64,000 nucleotides of DNA from Candidatus Bathyarchaeota archaeon (GTDB lineage Archaea > Thermoproteota > Bathyarchaeia > Bathyarchaeales > DTEX01). Shown in pieces: positions 59,882 to 64,000 of this stretch. The notes beneath the pieces are model-generated. The model worked only from the letters and a program-made list of their open reading frames with translations, made no database searches and had not been told where the DNA came from. Numbering within the stretch: the first letter of the stretch is position 1; each line of letters starts with the position of its first letter. The stretch covers positions 9,659 to 73,658 of the forward strand of contig JAGTRG010000001.1 of assembly GCA_018396435.1 (NCBI GenBank), read 5' to 3'. The translations under genes were made by a program, and so were the position numbers.

Positions 59882-61207
59882 TTGAAGATGGTTGTTATAG
59901 GAGCTGGTAGCGTAGCATTTACACCTGGATTGCTGGCTGAAATCGCCACCTCAGAGGTTTTCAGGGGTGCGGAGATAGGGCTTGTAGATATAGACGAGGA
60001 GAAGCTCGAGATTGTTAGGAAAGTGGCTTCGAGAGTTATAGGGGAAACTAGGGCGGAATTAAAAATTGAAACGAGCTTGGACAGGAGAGATCTGCTTAAA
60101 AACGCGGATTTTGTAATCATAACGATAGCCGTGGGCGGAGTTAAAGGCATTGAAACGGATGTAAAAATTGCTGAGAAATATGGTATATACCACACCATCG
60201 CGGATACTGTTGGTCCAGCCGGCTTCTCAAGGTCCCTTAGGCATATACCGCCAATGATAGAAATATGTAGGGATATTGAAACGCTATGCCCAAACGCCGT
60301 TGTTTTTAATGAGGCTAATCCACTAACCACGTTATGTAGGGCTGCTAGGAAAATGACTAGGGCTAATGTTATAGGTTTATGTACGGGAGTTAGGGGGCCA
60401 AGGCACTTTATACCGGGAGTAGTTGGGTGCAAACCGGAGGAGTTAGCGTTCATATCCGCAGGGGTTAATCATCTCACATGGATTTTAGAGGCACGCGCAA
60501 ATGGGAGGGATGTTTACTTAGTTTTTAAGCGCAGAATCAAAGAGTTGAGGGATGAAGCCCTAAAGCATAGTAAACCCTTCCACGCTTTTGTTTCCGTGGA
60601 GCTTATGGAGACCTTTGGGCTTTATCCTGTTCAAGGCGACCATCACGTCGCCGAATTCTTCCCATACTTTCTACGCCCTGAAACAGGTTATGGGGCAAAG
60701 TATGGGCTTAAACTCTTCCCAGGGGACACCATATACAGCGAGGAATGGAGACATAATGTATGGAAGATGGTTATGGATTGGGCTGAAGGCAGGAGGCCCA
60801 TCAAGGAGCTCATAGAGCAGCGTAAAGGTGTAACTGAGCACTCGTTCGCCTATGAACTTATGGAAATAATTATTAAAGGCGAGAGCAAATTCTTTGAGGG
60901 AGTTAACATGCCTAATGCCGGATGTATTGAGGGGCTCCCGAGAGAGGCTATTGTTGAGATTCCGGCGGTGATAGGTCCCCTCGGATTTAAGGGTTTACAC
61001 GTAGGGAGATTGCCAAGAAGCATTGAGGCAATACTGCTACATAGAATCATCCAGCAGGAGCTAACTGTTGAAGCCGCTCTAACTGGAGATAGGCAAATTG
61101 CCCTCCAAGCATTATCCCTAGACCCGATGGTTCCAACGATAAGTGTGGCTAAAAGCCTCCTAAACGACTACATTGAAGTAAATAAGCAGTTTTTACCACA
61201 GTTCTAG
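59882..61207 (+). CDS. Glycoside hydrolase family 4 (NAD+/Mn2+-dependent, alpha-galactosidase-like)
   Basis: IGAGS, ADFV, DTVGPAG, ANP, GLC, GVNHLTW, HVAEF, VEIP. Confidence 0.9.
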   Translation: MKMVVIGAGSVAFTPGLLAEIATSEVFRGAEIGLVDIDEEKLEIVRKVASRVIGETRAELKIETSLDRRDLLKNADFVIITIAVGGVKGIETDVKIAEKYGIYHTIADTVGPAGFSRSLRHIPPMIEICRDIETLCPNAVVFNEANPLTTLCRAARKMTRANVIGLCTGVRGPRHFIPGVVGCKPEELAFISAGVNHLTWILEARANGRDVYLVFKRRIKELRDEALKHSKPFHAFVSVELMETFGLYPVQGDHHVAEFFPYFLRPETGYGAKYGLKLFPGDTIYSEEWRHNVWKMVMDWAEGRRPIKELIEQRKGVTEHSFAYELMEIIIKGESKFFEGVNMPNAGCIEGLPREAIVEIPAVIGPLGFKGLHVGRLPRSIEAILLHRIIQQELTVEAALTGDRQIALQALSLDPMVPTISVAKSLLNDYIEVNKQFLPQF

Positions 61208-61243
61208 ATGCCGCTTGGCGCGCTCATCATTAGCAGAGAACAT

Positions 61244-61801
61244 CTATGCTTTATAGAATTTACATCCCCTATAGGGTCCTGATGGGTACCCCCGGCTCTC
61301 CCAATACCCTAACTTCTCATTCTCTGAAACCTCTACCCTATAAACCCATTTGGCCCACTTGTAACCGTATAATCCAGGAGCCACAAGTCTAACCGGATAT
61401 CCGTGCTCTAGGGGTAATGGTTCAGCGTTCATTTTTAAAGCAAGCATGACGCATGCGTTTTCCACATAGCTTAATCTATGATTCGTAGAATATCCGTCTA
61501 AAGAATGAAATAGTATTGAAGAAGATTTTTCCTTTACCCGCGCCAAGTCCAGAAGATTACTTACGGGTACACCTTCCCACTCGGCAACCCCCATTAATGG
61601 ACCCCCGGGGGAATTATCGTAGCACTCAAGTATTTCTGTAAGTTTAACCTGAGGCATAGCCGCTAAATCATCATATGTTAACACTAAAGTTTTCTCAACA
61701 TTCCCGTCGACAGTTAAACGCCAATCTTCAAGGTTTACCCTAGGGATTTTACCCTTCTGAATCTTGAAAAACTTCTCTATCGGCGTTAAAGACACGCTCA
61801 A
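61244..61801 (-). CDS. Molybdopterin-dependent oxidoreductase (sulfite oxidase/MsrP-like catalytic domain)
   Basis: WRLTVDG, LEC, WEGV, HGYPVRLVAPGLYGYKWAKW, GYWE. Confidence 0.9.
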   Translation of the reverse strand: MSVSLTPIEKFFKIQKGKIPRVNLEDWRLTVDGNVEKTLVLTYDDLAAMPQVKLTEILECYDNSPGGPLMGVAEWEGVPVSNLLDLARVKEKSSSILFHSLDGYSTNHRLSYVENACVMLALKMNAEPLPLEHGYPVRLVAPGLYGYKWAKWVYRVEVSENEKLGYWESRGYPSGPYRGCKFYKA

Positions 61802-61887
61802 TGTTCAGACCAGCATGTGAACAGTTATTGATAAAAGTATTTCCTCTGCTATAACTTAAATATTTTTGCAATATACCTTCTTCATGT

Positions 61888-62775
61888 ATGTCTTCAGCTG
61901 ACACTGCTGTTAGGGTCTTTAGGCAACTTGAACCGGAGGACGTAAAGATACTGGCAACCATAGAAATTGATTTGAGCCGTCATAGGTTCGTCCCAGAGAA
62001 GGATATACTGAAGCTCAGCGGTTTATCTGAGAAGGAGACTAAGTATCGTCTTGAAAGACTTAACGCCTTAGGTTTAGTCTATCGCTGGACAGGCCCATAC
62101 ATGGGTTACGTGCTAAATATGGCTGGATATGATTGTCTGGCCATAAATGCTCTTGTGAAGGCCGGCATCCTGGAATCTTTTGGTAAATCGTTAGGTGTCG
62201 GTAAAGAATCAGATGTATACGACGCTTTAACCCAGAGCGGTGAAAGGGTTGCTGTCAAGTTTCACCGCTTAGGCAGAATAAGTTTCCGGCAGACAAGAAG
62301 GCTTAGAGGCTACCTGCTTAATAGAAGGCATGCATCATGGCTTTATCAGTCACGCTTAGCCGCTGAGAGGGAGATGGAAGCATTAAGACTTGTTTATCCA
62401 TGCGGGGTCTCCGTGCCTAAACCAGTGGGGCATAATAGGCATGTAGTGGTTATGGGAATGATCGACGGCGAATGCCTATTTCGAATAATGGAGCTGACCA
62501 ATCCAGAGGCAATATTGAATAAAATCCTGGAAAATGTTCGTAAAGCTTACATTGAGGCTGGGGTTATACATGGAGACCTAAGCGAATTTAATGTTGTTCT
62601 AACCCCCGACCAGAATGTTCTGATAATAGATTGGCCCCAATTTATTAGAATAGATCATCCTAATGCCAACATGCTCTTGAGGAGGGATCTCTGGAACATC
62701 TTAAAATACTTCAGAAGAAAGTTTGCGGTGACAAGGGATTTAAGCGAAACATTAAGTTATGTTAAAAAAGCGTAA
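61888..62775 (+). CDS. rio2: RIO2-type Ser/Thr kinase
   Basis: N-terminal wHTH, GYDCLA, GVGKESDVY, KFHRLGRISFR, IHGDLSEFN, IDWPQ. Confidence 0.95.
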   Translation: MSSADTAVRVFRQLEPEDVKILATIEIDLSRHRFVPEKDILKLSGLSEKETKYRLERLNALGLVYRWTGPYMGYVLNMAGYDCLAINALVKAGILESFGKSLGVGKESDVYDALTQSGERVAVKFHRLGRISFRQTRRLRGYLLNRRHASWLYQSRLAAEREMEALRLVYPCGVSVPKPVGHNRHVVVMGMIDGECLFRIMELTNPEAILNKILENVRKAYIEAGVIHGDLSEFNVVLTPDQNVLIIDWPQFIRIDHPNANMLLRRDLWNILKYFRRKFAVTRDLSETLSYVKKA

Positions 62776-62874
62776 GGAAATGAACCGCGCACTTATATTA
62801 ACAATAATCTTGACGATTAAATGGTGGTCTAAATAGGAGCATTAAAAAGACACTTCTACAATAAAACTAAGTGT

Positions 62875-64000
62875 ATGTCTAAGAAATCTGATATGAGAAA
62901 ATTAATAGTTGGCGTTGATCCGGGTTTAAACTGCGGTCTAGCGGTTTTAACATTTGACGGCGCGCCAGTGCTGATTGAAAGCCAAAGAGGCTGGTCCTTA
63001 GCAAAACTTATAGAGAGAATTGTGGACCTAGGTGAGCCGGCGATAATCTCCAGCGATGTTTCGCCAGCGCCGAGTTTTCTTGAGAGGCTTTCGAAGAAGC
63101 TTAACGCTGTACTCTTCGAGCCGGCTATTTCCATGAGCGTTGAAGAAAAACATCAGATGACTCGTGCGTATATGGAGCGCTATAATGTTAAAGTCAAAAA
63201 TATACATGAGATCGATGCCCTAGCTGCTGCCCTCAAAGCCTATCAGCATTACAAGAACAAGTTTGAGCAGATCGATGCTAAACTAAAAAATGTTGAGGGC
63301 GACCTCTCACCGGATAATGTGAAGGATTTGGTTGTTCGCGGATATAGCATAGCAAGGGCAGTAAAGTTTCTTCGAGGGTTAAGCGCATCTAAGACGTTGA
63401 CCACAGTAAGAAGCGGTTTTTCCCAAGAGGAGAAATTTAGAAATCTAGTTAAAGAGCTGGAAGAGAGGCTTATGCTTGAAAGAGAAAGAGTTAGGCTCCT
63501 AAAGGATATAAATAGGGAGCTGCACCTGAAAATTAAAGCGCTGAATGCGGAAATTGAAAAATTAAAAGAAACTTTGAAGAATGTTCGCAGTGAACAAACA
63601 GCTCAGATAAGGCGTGAAAGAGAATACCAGCGGCTTGTTGAAGAGATAACTTCCCTTAAAAGCAAAATTTCAGAGCAGGAATCCCAGATTGAAGCGTACA
63701 GACAGGCGCTTGCCCATTTTCAGCGTTTAAGCGATCTCGAGTTGAAAAATGGCTTAACCCTTCTGAAGCCAATAGAGTCCTTCACAAAGGATGGTCTGGA
63801 AAAATCATTTAAACTATACGATATTAAAGCCGGGGACAGCGTCTTCATTCTCGACTCAAGCGGAGGCGGACCTGCAACTGCGGAGTTACTTTTGAAGAGA
63901 GGTGTAAGAACCGTTATAGCGAGGGGAGCTATGTCATATCAGGCACTTGAGATATTTGAGAATTATCATGTACCGGTGATTCCAGCGGATAAAGTAAGCA
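62875..64000 (+). CDS. DUF460 domain protein (RNase H-like fold plus coiled coil), runs off the window end
   Basis: Own translation: MSKKSDMRKLIVGVDPGLNCGLAVL...IISSDVSPAP...HEIDALAAALKAY, followed by a coiled coil. Confidence 0.85.
   Translation, partial: MSKKSDMRKLIVGVDPGLNCGLAVLTFDGAPVLIESQRGWSLAKLIERIVDLGEPAIISSDVSPAPSFLERLSKKLNAVLFEPAISMSVEEKHQMTRAYMERYNVKVKNIHEIDALAAALKAYQHYKNKFEQIDAKLKNVEGDLSPDNVKDLVVRGYSIARAVKFLRGLSASKTLTTVRSGFSQEEKFRNLVKELEERLMLERERVRLLKDINRELHLKIKALNAEIEKLKETLKNVRSEQTAQIRREREYQRLVEEITSLKSKISEQESQIEAYRQALAHFQRLSDLELKNGLTLLKPIESFTKDGLEKSFKLYDIKAGDSVFILDSSGGGPATAELLLKRGVRTVIARGAMSYQALEIFENYHVPVIPADKVS

Noticed and set aside
1..64000. CRISPR arrays, rRNA genes, integrases or transposases, selenocysteine/pyrrolysine readthrough
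   Set aside because: No regularly spaced repeats, rRNA-like sequence, recombinase motifs or in-frame stops within otherwise intact conserved genes were seen by eye.

Overview
Archaeal chromosomal window, most likely Bathyarchaeia (TACK; inferred from gene content and protein style, not from a search). It is dominated by housekeeping clusters: rpl10e-ppsA, dph2-csl4-rpoL, sua5, cdc6-radA, eIF1A/rio1/KH/top6BA, fen-pheST, rpl7ae-rps28e-rpl24e, the large secE-spt5-rpl11-rpl1-P0 and rps13-rps4-rps11-rpoD-rpl18e-rpl13-rps9-rpoN-eno-rps2-mvk-ipk-fni-GGPPS-gltX clusters, and rio2. Accessory material includes a RadA-like/PolB2 cassette next to a tRNA-Arg 3' end with a decayed toxin-antitoxin pair, a ~3.2 kb islet bounded by 12-bp direct repeats (AbrB/PIN TA pair, arrestin-fold protein, sugar isomerase), an oxidative-stress cluster and a DUF4838/GH4 pair. 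The most notable features not explained by the ORF track are: (i) a ~245-nt highly structured intergenic RNA (37192-37436) with two H/ACA-like hairpins and three K-turn-like motifs; (ii) a tRNA-Arg(TCT) with two introns, one at the rare position 9/10, and C instead of U at position 33; (iii) two core genes (top6B, fni) whose conserved N-termini have no in-frame ATG/GTG/TTG start. All annotations are by eye from motifs; no database searches were run.
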